Shown here in pieces: positions 17,536 to 27,365 of a stretch of 64,000 nucleotides of DNA. Position 1 is the stretch's first letter. Each line of letters opens with the position of its first letter. Both the position numbers and the translations under genes were made by a program. The stretch comes from Candidatus Xenobia bacterium (GTDB lineage: Bacteria > Vulcanimicrobiota > Xenobia > Xenobiales > QWHO01): assembly GCA_045863235.1 (NCBI GenBank), contig BTUM01000020.1:1-64000 (forward strand), given 5' to 3'. Under the pieces are notes generated by a model, which searched no databases, was not told the origin of the DNA, and saw nothing but the letters and a program-made list of their open reading frames with translations.

Positions 17536-18678
17536 TCAGTTCTTCTGGTAGTTGAGCTGGAACTTCGGGGTCAGGCTGCCGCGCGGCATGGACGAGCCGT
17601 CGGGGTGCTTGTACTTGCGGCTGATGGACCAGCTCTTGTCGGGCTCGAGGTTCGGCCCGTAAAGAGTGGCCTGCTCCCAGGTCTTGCCATCGGGGCCGAT
17701 CAGCTGATAGCGAGCCGACACGGCCTTGGCGGTGGCGTAGCCATTGTTGACCACTTCAGCGGTGATGGTGACCTCGCCTGTGTAGTCGTTGGCGTTGGCG
17801 GCCTCGTTCTGGACCACCAGCAGAGCCTCCTTGGGAGCTTCGGGGGCGGGGCTGGGAGAGGCGGCCGGAGCCGGGCTCGGGCTGGGAGTGGCCGCGGCGA
17901 CCGGCTCCTCAGTCTTCTCGGTCTTCTCCGACTTGGCACCCTTCTCACTCTTGGCGCCCTTTTCGGTTTTGGCGGTCTTCTCGCCCTTAGCGGTCTTCTC
18001 TCCCTTAGCGGTCTTCTCGCCCTTTTCGGCCTTCTCGCCCTTCTCGGTCTTCTCGGTCTTTTCGCCGGTCTCGGTGGCCGTTTCGGTCTTCTCGCCGGTC
18101 TCTTCGCCGGTCTCTTCGCCCTTCTCGGCTTCCTCGGCCTTGGCAGCCTCCTCAGCGGCTTTGGCGGCGGCTTCCTCGCGAGCCTTCTTGCGAGCTTCGG
18201 CGGCGGCCCGGGCGGCGGCTTCCTTGTCAGCCTTGCCCTTGGCAACTTCAGCGGCGGCGGCCATCTCGGCGTCGGTGATCTCATGGCCTTTGACCACGTC
18301 CACGATGCCCGTCGCGTTGTTCGCGTTGACGACGAAGCCCAGACCGCGTGCCAGCGGTTTCAGGGGGGCGTACAGCCTGTTGCCCCGAGTGACGGTGTCC
18401 ACCTCCAGGCTGCGTCCACCGTAGCTGAGGCGCACTGACTCGCTCAGGTCGGGAGCCGTGCCCCGTCCTTCGCGAATCATGATTTCACCGTTCCCGAGCT
18501 GCCATGTAAACCCGGCGGCGCGGAGGAAGCTGTCCACGGGTACATAGGACTCTCCCCCGATGATGACCACGTCTTTGAACGCACGGTTGCGCACGAATAC
18601 CTGGGCCGCGTCGGCCAGCGGGGCCAGAAACGCTACCAGGGCAAGCACGGCCAGTGCGTGAGTCCATCTGAGCTTCAT
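17536..18678 (-). CDS. Secreted protein: copper-amine-oxidase-N/stalk-like domain, Lys/Glu-rich repeat linker, C-terminal Ig-like (FxLYD-like) domain
   Basis: Signal peptide; YVPV and RLYAPLKPLARGLG stalk motifs; (G)EKTAK repeats; ITAEVVNNG...NLEPDKSW. Confidence 0.7.
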   Translation of the reverse strand: MKLRWTHALAVLALVAFLAPLADAAQVFVRNRAFKDVVIIGGESYVPVDSFLRAAGFTWQLGNGEIMIREGRGTAPDLSESVRLSYGGRSLEVDTVTRGNRLYAPLKPLARGLGFVVNANNATGIVDVVKGHEITDAEMAAAAEVAKGKADKEAAARAAAEARKKAREEAAAKAAEEAAKAEEAEKGEETGEETGEKTETATETGEKTEKTEKGEKAEKGEKTAKGEKTAKGEKTAKTEKGAKSEKGAKSEKTEKTEEPVAAATPSPSPAPAASPSPAPEAPKEALLVVQNEAANANDYTGEVTITAEVVNNGYATAKAVSARYQLIGPDGKTWEQATLYGPNLEPDKSWSISRKYKHPDGSSMPRGSLTPKFQLNYQKN

Positions 18679-18758
18679 TGCGTTGCCTCCTTGGAAAGTC
18701 TGCGGTGCTTCTTGAAACTGGCTCTAGTTCCTTTTCCAGCCGCTGGAGCCAGAAGAGC

Positions 18759-20165
18759 CTAGCGAACCTCGAAGCGTGTCTCGCCGACCTGGATGAGATC
18801 GCCCACGTTCAGCTCCACCCGTTTGGTGATGCGGTGCCGGTTGACCCAGGTGCCGTTGGTCGAGCCCAGGTCTTCCACCCAGAAGAACTCCCCCTCGCGG
18901 CTGATGCGGGCGTGGGATCGGGACGCGGCCGTGTCGTGGGCCAGCACGATGGTGCCCTCCTCGCGGCCGATCACAACCGGATCGTCCCCGAGCACCAGGT
19001 CGATCTGCCCATCTTGCGAGGTGATCCGGCTGACCACGGTGGGGGAGCCGTCCACCGGCACCGGCGGCCGGGCCGGCTCAGGTGTGGGCGCTTGCTCGGG
19101 CGTCAGGTCCTCGGTGACCTTCGGCTCGGGAACCTGGGCTTGGGCTGGCGGCTGGCTGCCCGGCAGCTTCAACCCCAGCCGCTGGGCAAAGGGCACGTAG
19201 CCGGGGTCTTCGGCGATCACGGCGGCGTGCTCCTGATTGCCGTCCTGGGCCCAGCCCTCGGCGATCAGGGCATCGCCGAGCGCGTAGCGCAGGTCGAGTC
19301 GAAGCATCGGGTCGAGGCTGACCTGCTGCAACGCTTTGCGATAAAGCTCGCGGGCGGTGATGGGGTCGCCCAGGGCGGCGCAGGAGAGGCCGAGCAAGAG
19401 CAAATTGGCGGTTTGCAGGTTGGAATCGGGCAAAAACTCGCGGAGCAGCTCGTAGACCTCGCGTGGCTTGCCCTCCTCCAGCCGGAAGACAGCCAGGAAG
19501 AAATTGGTCACCGGCTCGCCTGGCAACACCTTCAAGAGTTGCTCGAGGCTGTGGGCGGCGTCTTCCAGCTTGCCGGCCTGGCGCTGGCTCAGGGCCAGCA
19601 GGACGTTCAGGCCCACCAGGTCGGGGAACAGGCAGAACACGCTGCGGCGGGTGAGCCACAGATTGACCCCGAAGCTGGGCAGGTTCTTGCGCAGCGATTT
19701 GCCCAGCCGCTGCTGGGTCAAAAGCGCGGTGTCGAAGTGGCGCATGGCTTCACTGGCCTGGCCCTGCTCGAGCAACAGCGTGCCCAGCACGAAGTAGGCG
19801 TCGGTCAGGGTGCTGTCCTTGTTGATGGTCTCACGCAGGCGGGCGATGGAACCGTTCAGGTCGCCCTGCATCAACAGGCCACAGGCAGCCGCGAAGAGCT
19901 TGTCGCCGCCGGGGGTGGTCAGGTTCTTGAGAAAGCCTCCGGCGCTGGGACGGGCGGCGGTCTGGGCTTCAAAAAAGCGGGAGGTGGCCTTCAGAGCAAA
20001 TTCGGGCGCGTGGTCGGGTTGAAAGTAGAGCCCGCTCTCCAGGGTCTCAGAGCCATCGTCTTTCGACTTGAGGGCCTTGGACATTTCGTCCACGCCCTTG
20101 CCCATCAATTTGCCGGCCAGCCCCAGGCCCCCCCGCAGAGTTCCCAGCATTTCAGTCGGTTCCAT
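18759..20165 (-). CDS. TPR-repeat protein with C-terminal FHA domain
   Basis: TPR-like helices (AYFVLGTLLLEQG); IGR...SRSHA...EDLGSTNGT FHA signature. Confidence 0.85.
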   Translation of the reverse strand: MEPTEMLGTLRGGLGLAGKLMGKGVDEMSKALKSKDDGSETLESGLYFQPDHAPEFALKATSRFFEAQTAARPSAGGFLKNLTTPGGDKLFAAACGLLMQGDLNGSIARLRETINKDSTLTDAYFVLGTLLLEQGQASEAMRHFDTALLTQQRLGKSLRKNLPSFGVNLWLTRRSVFCLFPDLVGLNVLLALSQRQAGKLEDAAHSLEQLLKVLPGEPVTNFFLAVFRLEEGKPREVYELLREFLPDSNLQTANLLLLGLSCAALGDPITARELYRKALQQVSLDPMLRLDLRYALGDALIAEGWAQDGNQEHAAVIAEDPGYVPFAQRLGLKLPGSQPPAQAQVPEPKVTEDLTPEQAPTPEPARPPVPVDGSPTVVSRITSQDGQIDLVLGDDPVVIGREEGTIVLAHDTAASRSHARISREGEFFWVEDLGSTNGTWVNRHRITKRVELNVGDLIQVGETRFEVR

Positions 20166-20176
20166 GATAGCCCCCT

Positions 20177-20830
20177 TTATGAAGCGCGGAACACCATCTC
20201 GGTTTTGCCCAGCCGCAGCCGGTCACCGTCCTTGAGGGCTGTCTGCACCCCCGCCTGCAAGCGGGAATCGTTCAAGAACGAGCCATTGGACGAGCCGAGA
20301 TCTTCGTAGAGAACCCCGCTTTCGCCTTTGAGCACCCGACCATGGCGTCGGGAGATGAACGACTCGGTATCCACGTCGGTCAGGTCCACGTCGGGATAGA
20401 TGCCGTCAACCGGCGAGCGGCGGCCGATCTCGATGGTGTCCTTGGAGACAGGAAACTCCCGGCTGCCGTCGGCCAGAGAGAGTCGAATGCGGGCGACAGC
20501 CGGGGCCGCCACCGCGACCGGTTCGCTCTCGGAGGAGACGCTGACCACGGGGGCGCCCGAAGTGCCCGACAGGCTGGCTCCGCAGTCTTCGCAATAAGCC
20601 TCGTAGCTCGGATTCTCGGCGCCGCAGCTGGCGCAAACCAACACCCCACCTTCGCCTGAGGGCTCGGGAGTCGGCTCGGCCTCCTCACTGGCGGGCGGAG
20701 TCGGGGACGCCGGTGCCGGCGGAGGATTCGAGGCAGCTGGAGCCGCTCCGCCGACCGGCAGGCGAGCCCCGCAATCTTCGCAGTAGGCGGACCCGTCGAG
20801 GTTGTCCGACCCGCAGACGCTGCACTTCAT
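20177..20830 (-). CDS. Double zinc-ribbon plus FHA domain protein
   Basis: Two CxxCG.xN...YCEDCGA units; IGRRS...ISRRHG...EDLGSSNGS. Confidence 0.9.
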   Translation of the reverse strand: MKCSVCGSDNLDGSAYCEDCGARLPVGGAAPAASNPPPAPASPTPPASEEAEPTPEPSGEGGVLVCASCGAENPSYEAYCEDCGASLSGTSGAPVVSVSSESEPVAVAAPAVARIRLSLADGSREFPVSKDTIEIGRRSPVDGIYPDVDLTDVDTESFISRRHGRVLKGESGVLYEDLGSSNGSFLNDSRLQAGVQTALKDGDRLRLGKTEMVFRAS

Positions 20831-20883
20831 TTCCCTTGACTCCTCCTTGGTTTCGTTGCGGGCGCTTTACCCAACCACCCGGG

Positions 20884-22209
20884 CTACTCCTGCTGCTGGG
20901 GGGAAGGGGTCGGCATCGGCATGGGCACCTGGTCGAGCAGTTGCGTCAGCTTTCGGGTTCCGTACTCCAGCTTCTTGGTTCCGGCCGCGGTGGCTCCTGA
21001 GCCTCGCTCGATCCGCTGGGCCTCGGCCAGGGCCTGCTCGGCCAGCTCGCGCTGGCCGTGCTCGAGCAGTTGGGTGGCGGCCGAGCGAAGAAGTTGGGTT
21101 GCCTTGCCCCGGTCACCCGACTGGGCCAGCTCCAGGGCCCTGGTTTGTTGGCGGAAGACGCTGATGGCATCCACCACATTCATGACCCGCGGCGTCACCA
21201 TGGAGGCCTGGGCTGAGTCGGCGGTGTAGCCGATCAGCACGTCCTGGTTCACCACCCGCTGGGGCTGGCCGGGAATCTCGTAACGCAGGGCCGCCTGGGT
21301 GATGCGGTAACGTCCCGGTTGGCGCGAAGGCAAGATCAGCTCGAACAAGAGCGAGGTCGTCTCGTCCTTCTGCAGGTCGCCCAGGGTCATCGTGGCGGTG
21401 CGGTCGACGGTGGCCAACTGGCCCAGGTCGTTGATCAGCGGCTTGACCTTGTAAGCCCGCCGGATCTTGACATCCTTGGCCAGCTTGAGCTCGAGCACGG
21501 GGTTTCGCACCACGATGCTCTGCACGCCCTTGAGCTCTTTCTCGAAGATGGTGGGGATGTCGCGGGGGATGTCGATGTAGTAGGAGGTTCCCCGGCATGC
21601 GTTGGCGATGTCGAGGAGGAACTTTTCGTTGAAGTCGTCTCCCACCCCGATGGTGCTCACCGAGATGCCCTCGGCGGCGGCCATCAGGCAGGCTTCCTTG
21701 CAGTGGCTTTCGTGCAAGGTGAGGCCATCGGTGAGCAGGATGATGTGGTTCATCCGCTCGCGCGAGAAATTCTTGCGGATCTCATCCACCGCGGCGCGAA
21801 TGCCGTGCAGCATCTCGGTGCCTGAGCCCACGTCGATCTGGTCGATGTTCTGGACCATGCGGCGAGCCGATTGCTTGTCGTAGATCTGGCTCGAGGGGAT
21901 CAGCACGCGGGCTTTGTCGGCAAAGGCGATGACCGAGCAAAGGTCGGTGGGACGAAGCTTCTCCAGCACGTGGCTGACGGCGGAGATCACGTAGTCAAGC
22001 TTCTCGGCGGCATACATCGAGCCGCTCTTGTCCAGCACGATCGCCAGGTTGAGAGCCGCCGAGCCGACCCCCACCTCGGCGGTAGGCCGCAATTCGGCCA
22101 GCAGATAGACGAGTTTGTTCTCGCTGGTGGTGAGAACGTTCTCATAGCTCAGATAGGTTGACAGGTCGACTTCGCCCACGGGGTCCTCCGGTATCGTCTG
22201 TGGGGGCAC
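20884..22209 (-). CDS. von Willebrand factor A domain protein with C-terminal extension
   Basis: MIDAS DKSGSM...GT...LLTDG; IGVGDDFNE. Confidence 0.9.
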   Translation of the reverse strand: MPPQTIPEDPVGEVDLSTYLSYENVLTTSENKLVYLLAELRPTAEVGVGSAALNLAIVLDKSGSMYAAEKLDYVISAVSHVLEKLRPTDLCSVIAFADKARVLIPSSQIYDKQSARRMVQNIDQIDVGSGTEMLHGIRAAVDEIRKNFSRERMNHIILLTDGLTLHESHCKEACLMAAAEGISVSTIGVGDDFNEKFLLDIANACRGTSYYIDIPRDIPTIFEKELKGVQSIVVRNPVLELKLAKDVKIRRAYKVKPLINDLGQLATVDRTATMTLGDLQKDETTSLLFELILPSRQPGRYRITQAALRYEIPGQPQRVVNQDVLIGYTADSAQASMVTPRVMNVVDAISVFRQQTRALELAQSGDRGKATQLLRSAATQLLEHGQRELAEQALAEAQRIERGSGATAAGTKKLEYGTRKLTQLLDQVPMPMPTPSPQQQE

Positions 22210-22299
22210 TGTTTCCCACCTGACCCGGAAAGCCCTTCAGGGCCGCTCGCAGGGGGCGGCCCTGGAGGAATCCGGCTCGCAGCTCGAAGGCGAAGGCCC

Positions 22300-23040
22300 A
22301 TGGAGCCTGCCATCCGCTGGGGTGAGATCAAACGACTCGAGATTCGCTATACCGGCAACCTGCACGGCGACGTGGAGCAACTGCCCCGCCTGGCCACCCT
22401 GGTCAAGCGCGAGCGGGCCGCTCAGCCCGAGCTCCTTTTGCTGGACACCGGGAATTTCTCGCGCGGCAGCGAGCTGGCCGAGCGCTTTCAGGGTCGACCG
22501 GTGGCAGAGGTGCTGGCTCACCTGGGTTACCACGCTTGCGCCATCGGAGAGGACGAAGTTTCCTGGGGCCTGGGGGGCATCCTGGAGCTGGCCCGGGCCA
22601 TGCGATGCCCTTTCCTGGCGGCCAACTGGCGTTTTCCAGAGCAAGAAGGGGTGGAGTTGAGCCGGCTGGTGTGTGGCTACCTGCGCCTGCAGCGAGCCGG
22701 GATGGACGTAATCGTGGCGGGACTGGGTCCTCCCAAGGCGCCTCCCGGAATCGAGGTGGTTCCGGCCCGGCAGGCCCTCCAGTCCGTGCTCGACGAGGTG
22801 GGGCCCGATCAGCCCCTGGTTTTGCTCTCTCAACTGGGCTATCATGAGGATCGCCAGCTGGCCGAGTCGTTCGACGCTCTGCAGGTCATTCTGGAGGGCG
22901 TCGCTTATCCCGGCTTCACCGAGGTGCTCCAGGTGGCTCACACCCTGGTCGTTCCTGCCACCGCAGGAGCCACCTCGCTGGGCTCATTGGGCCTGGACCT
23001 GACCGGCACGCTGGTGATCGAATCGCGAGGAGAGCCTTGA
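22300..23040 (+). CDS. 5'-nucleotidase-like metallophosphoesterase-fold protein with degenerate metal ligands
   Basis: YTGNLHG, LLDTGN, IGEDE, PFLAANW, LSQLG..ED..LA parallel the DxH/GD/GNHE/H motifs, with substitutions. Confidence 0.65.
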   Translation: MEPAIRWGEIKRLEIRYTGNLHGDVEQLPRLATLVKRERAAQPELLLLDTGNFSRGSELAERFQGRPVAEVLAHLGYHACAIGEDEVSWGLGGILELARAMRCPFLAANWRFPEQEGVELSRLVCGYLRLQRAGMDVIVAGLGPPKAPPGIEVVPARQALQSVLDEVGPDQPLVLLSQLGYHEDRQLAESFDALQVILEGVAYPGFTEVLQVAHTLVVPATAGATSLGSLGLDLTGTLVIESRGEP

Positions 23041-23316
23041 TTGCAGGATAAGAAAGAGAAACTGGTGCTGCGCACCTACAAGCGGAGAGAAGACCCGTTT
23101 CCGCCCCCGGGCCAGCCGGTCGTCAAGAGCCTCTACCCCGGGAACTACGTGCTTTTTTGCTCAGCGAGCTCGTGTTTGCACTACCACGGCACACCAGGGG
23201 CCCTTCCCTTCTGGTCCGAGGATGCGCCCGAGCTGCTTGACGTTCTGCGTTGCCCTGAATGTGGCAGCCCGGCCGTGCGGCCACCCCATGAGGACCCCGA
23301 GGACTCGGATGCCTGA
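23041..23316 (+). CDS. Small putative Zn-binding hypothetical protein
   Basis: CSASSC...CPECG; TTG start directly after the upstream stop, with an upstream AGGAG. Confidence 0.6.
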   Translation: MQDKKEKLVLRTYKRREDPFPPPGQPVVKSLYPGNYVLFCSASSCLHYHGTPGALPFWSEDAPELLDVLRCPECGSPAVRPPHEDPEDSDA

Positions 23317-23359
23317 AGGAAAACGGCCCTCGTTCGCGCATAGTTGACACCGCATTCCT

Positions 23360-24397
23360 ATGCCGAAATTCAACTCAACCGGTGATTCGGAGCTCGACGA
23401 CCTCGTCGAGCGGATCGTCGAGCATCACGCGACCTCGCCGCAAGCCGATCTCTTGCGTCAGATCGTGGTCAGCGCCATGAAGCTGATCAGCGACGGTGCC
23501 GACCGCGGGGACATGAAGCTGATCAACACCACCCTCAAGGAGATGCGTTACTCCTTCAAAGTCTTCATGCCGTATCGGCGACGCCGCAAGGTCAGCGTAT
23601 TCGGCTCGGCCCGCACGCCCGAGGGACACCCTGACTACGTGCAGGCCATGGAGTTCTCCCGGATGATGGCTGAACGGGGCTACATGTGCATCACCGGGGC
23701 CGGCAACGGGGTCATGAAGGCCGGTCACGCCGGAGCGGGGGCGGAGAACTCGTTCGGGGTCAACATTCGCCTGCCTTTCGAGCAGACCGCCAACGAAGTG
23801 ATCGACGGGGACCCCAAGCTGGTCAACTTCAAGTATTTCTTTACCCGCAAGCTGGCCTTCATCAAGGAGACCCATGCGGTGGTGTGCTTCCCGGGCGGAT
23901 TCGGCACCCACGACGAGGGCTTCGAGACCCTGACCCTGATCCAGACAGGCAAGTCCTACATCCTGCCGGTCCTGTTCGTGCATCCGCCCGAGACCGGATT
24001 CTGGAACGATCTGGACGGCTATATCCGCAAGCGCCTCCTGCCTGCCGGCATGATCAGCGAGGAAGACCTCCATCTTTACCTGGTGACCGACTCGGTGGAG
24101 CGGGCCTGCGACGAGATCACCACTTTCTACCGTCGCTACCACAGCATGCGTTACGTGGGCGACGAGCTGGTCATCCGCCTGGAAACCCCCCTGAGCGACG
24201 AGGACCTGGCCCAGATCCAGGCCGAGTTCGCCGACCTTCTGGTGGAGGGAGGGGAATTTCGACAGGCGCGCGCCCTGCCCGACGAGGTCGACGATCAGCC
24301 CATCGTCCATCTGCCGAGGCTCGTCTTTCGCTACCACCGGCGACGATATGGGCGGCTCCGCCAGCTCATCGACCGGATCAATTCCTTCGGCACGTGA
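23360..24397 (+). CDS. LOG family protein (Rossmann fold, long form)
   Basis: VSVFGSART, TGAGNGVM, GVNIRLPFEQ, FKYFFTRKL, FPGGFGTHDE. Confidence 0.9.
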   Translation: MPKFNSTGDSELDDLVERIVEHHATSPQADLLRQIVVSAMKLISDGADRGDMKLINTTLKEMRYSFKVFMPYRRRRKVSVFGSARTPEGHPDYVQAMEFSRMMAERGYMCITGAGNGVMKAGHAGAGAENSFGVNIRLPFEQTANEVIDGDPKLVNFKYFFTRKLAFIKETHAVVCFPGGFGTHDEGFETLTLIQTGKSYILPVLFVHPPETGFWNDLDGYIRKRLLPAGMISEEDLHLYLVTDSVERACDEITTFYRRYHSMRYVGDELVIRLETPLSDEDLAQIQAEFADLLVEGGEFRQARALPDEVDDQPIVHLPRLVFRYHRRRYGRLRQLIDRINSFGT

Positions 24398-25626
24398 GCC
24401 ACGAGGAGATTCGAGATCTGGCCGCCCTGGCCAGCGTCATTTCGGCCACTGTTCACAGCTATGAGCCGGCCGAAGTCATGCGCACCGCGCTGCAGCGCCT
24501 GGTGGAGGTGCTGCACATGGACATCGGGGTCATCCATCTGCGCGAGGGCGAGGAGATGATCCTGGGCTCCGGCGTCAACCTCAGCCAGGCCACGATCCAG
24601 GAATTGCAGCGCTTCTCGCTCTCTGAAGACCGGTTTAGCGTGCGCTGTCTGCTGGAGAACAGGGCACTCATCTTCGACCCTTCGGCGACCGATCATTACC
24701 CGGACTCGGCCGCCGGGCTGGCCCGCGAGGGGCTCAAGTCGGTGGCAGCCGTGCCCGTCCCCAGCCCGCTGGGTCCGGTGGGAGTTCTGGTGGTGGGTAG
24801 CGCCGGCTCAGTGACGCTTTCGGAAGACCACCTGGTTTTGCTCCAGGCCGTCACCAACCAGGTAGGAGTGGCCCTGGAGCACGCTCGTCTGGTGGATCGA
24901 TTGGAGCGTCTGGTGGAGGAGCGAACCGAGCAGCTCGAGCAGGCCCAGGAGCAACTGGTGATGCGCGAGCGGCTGGCCACCCTGGGTCAGCTGGCTGGCA
25001 GCCTGGGCCACGAGCTGCGGGGTCCCCTGGTCAACCTGCAGATGGCTCTCAACCTGCTCGAAACGGCCGACCCCGAGATGCGCTCGGAGCTGATCACTCG
25101 CATGGCTCGGGAGCTTTCGCGCTGTAACAGCGTGATCAACGACCTGCTCGACTACACCCGCAGCAAGGAGCCTCATCGGGTCAGCACCGGCCTTCCCGCC
25201 ATCTTACACCAGGCAGCTCGCACCCTGGCCGGTGAGCCGGGCGTCGAGGTGGCCCTCGACCTGGGCGAGGTGGAGCGCGTTGACGTCGACCCCGATCAGG
25301 TCTTGCGCCTGTTCGAGAACCTGTTGCTGAACGCCAGCCAGGCCGTGGGAGGTCAGGGCTCCGTGCGGGTCTCCCTGCGCGAGAACGGTCCCTGGCTCGA
25401 GGTGCGGGTGGAGGATTCCGGGCCGGGAGTACCCGACCCGATGCGTGAGCGGATCTTCGAGCCGCTCGTCACCACCCGTCGAGGAGGAACCGGTCTGGGA
25501 CTGGCAGTGTGTCGGCGAACCGTGGACGCCCACGGAGGCAGCATCCACGTCGAGCAGTCGAGCCAGCTCGGCGGGGCTGCCTTCGTGGTGCGCCTGCCGC
25601 GGGGTCTGGTCGGCTCGCCGACCTGA
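24394..25626 (+). CDS. GAF-domain sensor histidine kinase
   Basis: GAF region; H-box GHELRGPL, N-box NLLLNA, DSGPG, GTGLGL; GTG start overlaps the LOG stop. Confidence 0.9.
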   Translation: MSHEEIRDLAALASVISATVHSYEPAEVMRTALQRLVEVLHMDIGVIHLREGEEMILGSGVNLSQATIQELQRFSLSEDRFSVRCLLENRALIFDPSATDHYPDSAAGLAREGLKSVAAVPVPSPLGPVGVLVVGSAGSVTLSEDHLVLLQAVTNQVGVALEHARLVDRLERLVEERTEQLEQAQEQLVMRERLATLGQLAGSLGHELRGPLVNLQMALNLLETADPEMRSELITRMARELSRCNSVINDLLDYTRSKEPHRVSTGLPAILHQAARTLAGEPGVEVALDLGEVERVDVDPDQVLRLFENLLLNASQAVGGQGSVRVSLRENGPWLEVRVEDSGPGVPDPMRERIFEPLVTTRRGGTGLGLAVCRRTVDAHGGSIHVEQSSQLGGAAFVVRLPRGLVGSPT

Positions 25627-25632
25627 GCCGAC

Positions 25633-25675
25633 CTACAGTCCCGCGCGTTCTGATTCTGAACACGCGGGACTGTAG
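25633..25675. terminator. Long inverted repeat between convergent genes (terminator or REP-like)
   Basis: ctacagtcccgcg-cgttc-tgattct-gaaca-cgcgggactgtag. Confidence 0.65.
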
Positions 25676-25682
25676 CGTGGAT

Positions 25683-27365
25683 TCAGGGCTCCTCGATGAC
25701 GAATTCGCCGGTGGTGGCCAGCTTGTAGTCCACGAAGACCTCGACCACGTAGTCTCCGGGCTGGAAGACGAAGTTGTCCGAGTAGCCCGGGTAGCAGACG
25801 TCCTCCATGGTGCCCTCCGCGCCTTCCTTCCAGGTCTCCGTCCAGCGCCAAGAGTCGAGCTCGGCGCTGTCGAGGAAGAAGCGCGTGGTCACCACCTGGC
25901 CATCCTTCATGCCGCTGTAGGTGCAGCCCATCTCCATCTGCGAGGCCGGGCCCAAGAAGCGATTGCCCTCGAAAGGCTCCACGGTCTTCCCTTCGACGAT
26001 GGCCGCGAATTCGAGCTCGGATAGCTTGGCGGTTAGCTCGCCCTCGGGGGGCTTGCCGGTGTCCTGCAGGGCCAGCTCCCAGCTGACCAGCTTGCTGCTC
26101 AGCTCCTCGGCAGCTTTGGCCGTCTCCTCGCCGCCCACGATCTTGTCGACCGGAGGCTCCCCATTTTTCGTGTAGATGACCGTGGCCAGGCCGTCCAACT
26201 CGACGCTGGCCTCCTCCAGCGTGGCTACGATCTCTTCGGGAGCCTGCACTTCACCGGCTGCCTTCGTCAGCTCGGCAACGGTGTCGGCAGCCTGCTTCAG
26301 GGCCTTGTCGAACTCGGCGGTAGCCTCGGCCTTCTTGCCCGAGGCGAGCAAGGTCAGACCCAGCAGCAAGCGGCAGTCGAGGCTGTCGGGCGCAGCCGCC
26401 AGGCCAGCCTGGCACGATTCGATGGCAGGCTGGAACTGGCCCAACTGGTACTGCACCCAGCCGATCTCCAGCCACACCATCGAGTTGCGGGGATCGAGCG
26501 AGCGGGCTTTCTGCAGGCTCTCCAGTGCGGCGGTCAAGTCGGCCTTCTCCTGCTGCTGCAGGGCCCGGCCGCGATCAAGGTATGCCTCGGTGTAGAGCGG
26601 CGCGTCGCTGATGGCGGCATCGAACTCTTTGAGGGCATCCTCCGGGCGGTCCATGTGCATCAGGGCCATCCCCTTGGCATAATGCTCGATGGCCTTGCCC
26701 TGAGCGCGCAGGTCGTAGACCGGCTCGCTCCAGGTCTTGAAGGCCCACAGCACGGCGATGCCCGTGATGAACAGCCCGCCAATGGTGAAGATGCCCCGGG
26801 TGGCCCGGGTGGCGATGGTGCCGGCCAGACCGAACAGGAACAGCGCCACCGCCAGGAGCGTGATGTGTACGATGTAGGTATTGGCCTTGGAGTCCCAGGC
26901 ATTCTTGACCACCGAGGCGGCTTTGAAGACCTGGTCCAGGCGGTGCACCTCGCCCACGTAAGTGTTGGCTTCGAACCTGGCCACGTCGGGCTCGGCATCG
27001 GACGTGGGGTCGAAGTAGGCTTTGCCTTCCGGGTCCTTGCCGCTCAGGAGCGGGCTGATGTCGAGCAGGTTGTCGCGCATGACCTCGAAGCGCTCGGCCG
27101 CCTTCTGATCGCCGCGTTTCTCAGCCGTGTCGCGCAGGGTCTCCAGCTCGCGGTACTGCTCGTAGGAAGTATAGTAGTGATAGTTGGATTTGGAGTCTCC
27201 CTGAACCTGAAGGCCGAAGGCCTCCACGCTGGCGGCGCGGGCATCGCGCCCGGCCCGGTCGTCGTTGTCTCCAGCCACTGTCTCGAGCTGGGCGATCACC
27301 GCCGCGAACACGGTCACCACGGCGATGAAAAAGGCGATCATCCGGCTGAACTTCTGGTCAGTCAC
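25683..27365 (-). CDS. Membrane protein with TPR repeats and C-terminal beta domain
   Basis: Three TM segments, then TPR motifs (AYLDRGRAL, VWLEIGWVQYQLG). Confidence 0.8.
   Translation of the reverse strand: MTDQKFSRMIAFFIAVVTVFAAVIAQLETVAGDNDDRAGRDARAASVEAFGLQVQGDSKSNYHYYTSYEQYRELETLRDTAEKRGDQKAAERFEVMRDNLLDISPLLSGKDPEGKAYFDPTSDAEPDVARFEANTYVGEVHRLDQVFKAASVVKNAWDSKANTYIVHITLLAVALFLFGLAGTIATRATRGIFTIGGLFITGIAVLWAFKTWSEPVYDLRAQGKAIEHYAKGMALMHMDRPEDALKEFDAAISDAPLYTEAYLDRGRALQQQEKADLTAALESLQKARSLDPRNSMVWLEIGWVQYQLGQFQPAIESCQAGLAAAPDSLDCRLLLGLTLLASGKKAEATAEFDKALKQAADTVAELTKAAGEVQAPEEIVATLEEASVELDGLATVIYTKNGEPPVDKIVGGEETAKAAEELSSKLVSWELALQDTGKPPEGELTAKLSELEFAAIVEGKTVEPFEGNRFLGPASQMEMGCTYSGMKDGQVVTTRFFLDSAELDSWRWTETWKEGAEGTMEDVCYPGYSDNFVFQPGDYVVEVFVDYKLATTGEFVIEEP

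Noticed and set aside
17880..18240. Low-complexity EK/AK repeats as a separate repeat element
   Set aside because: Simply the charged linker of the 17536-18678 protein.
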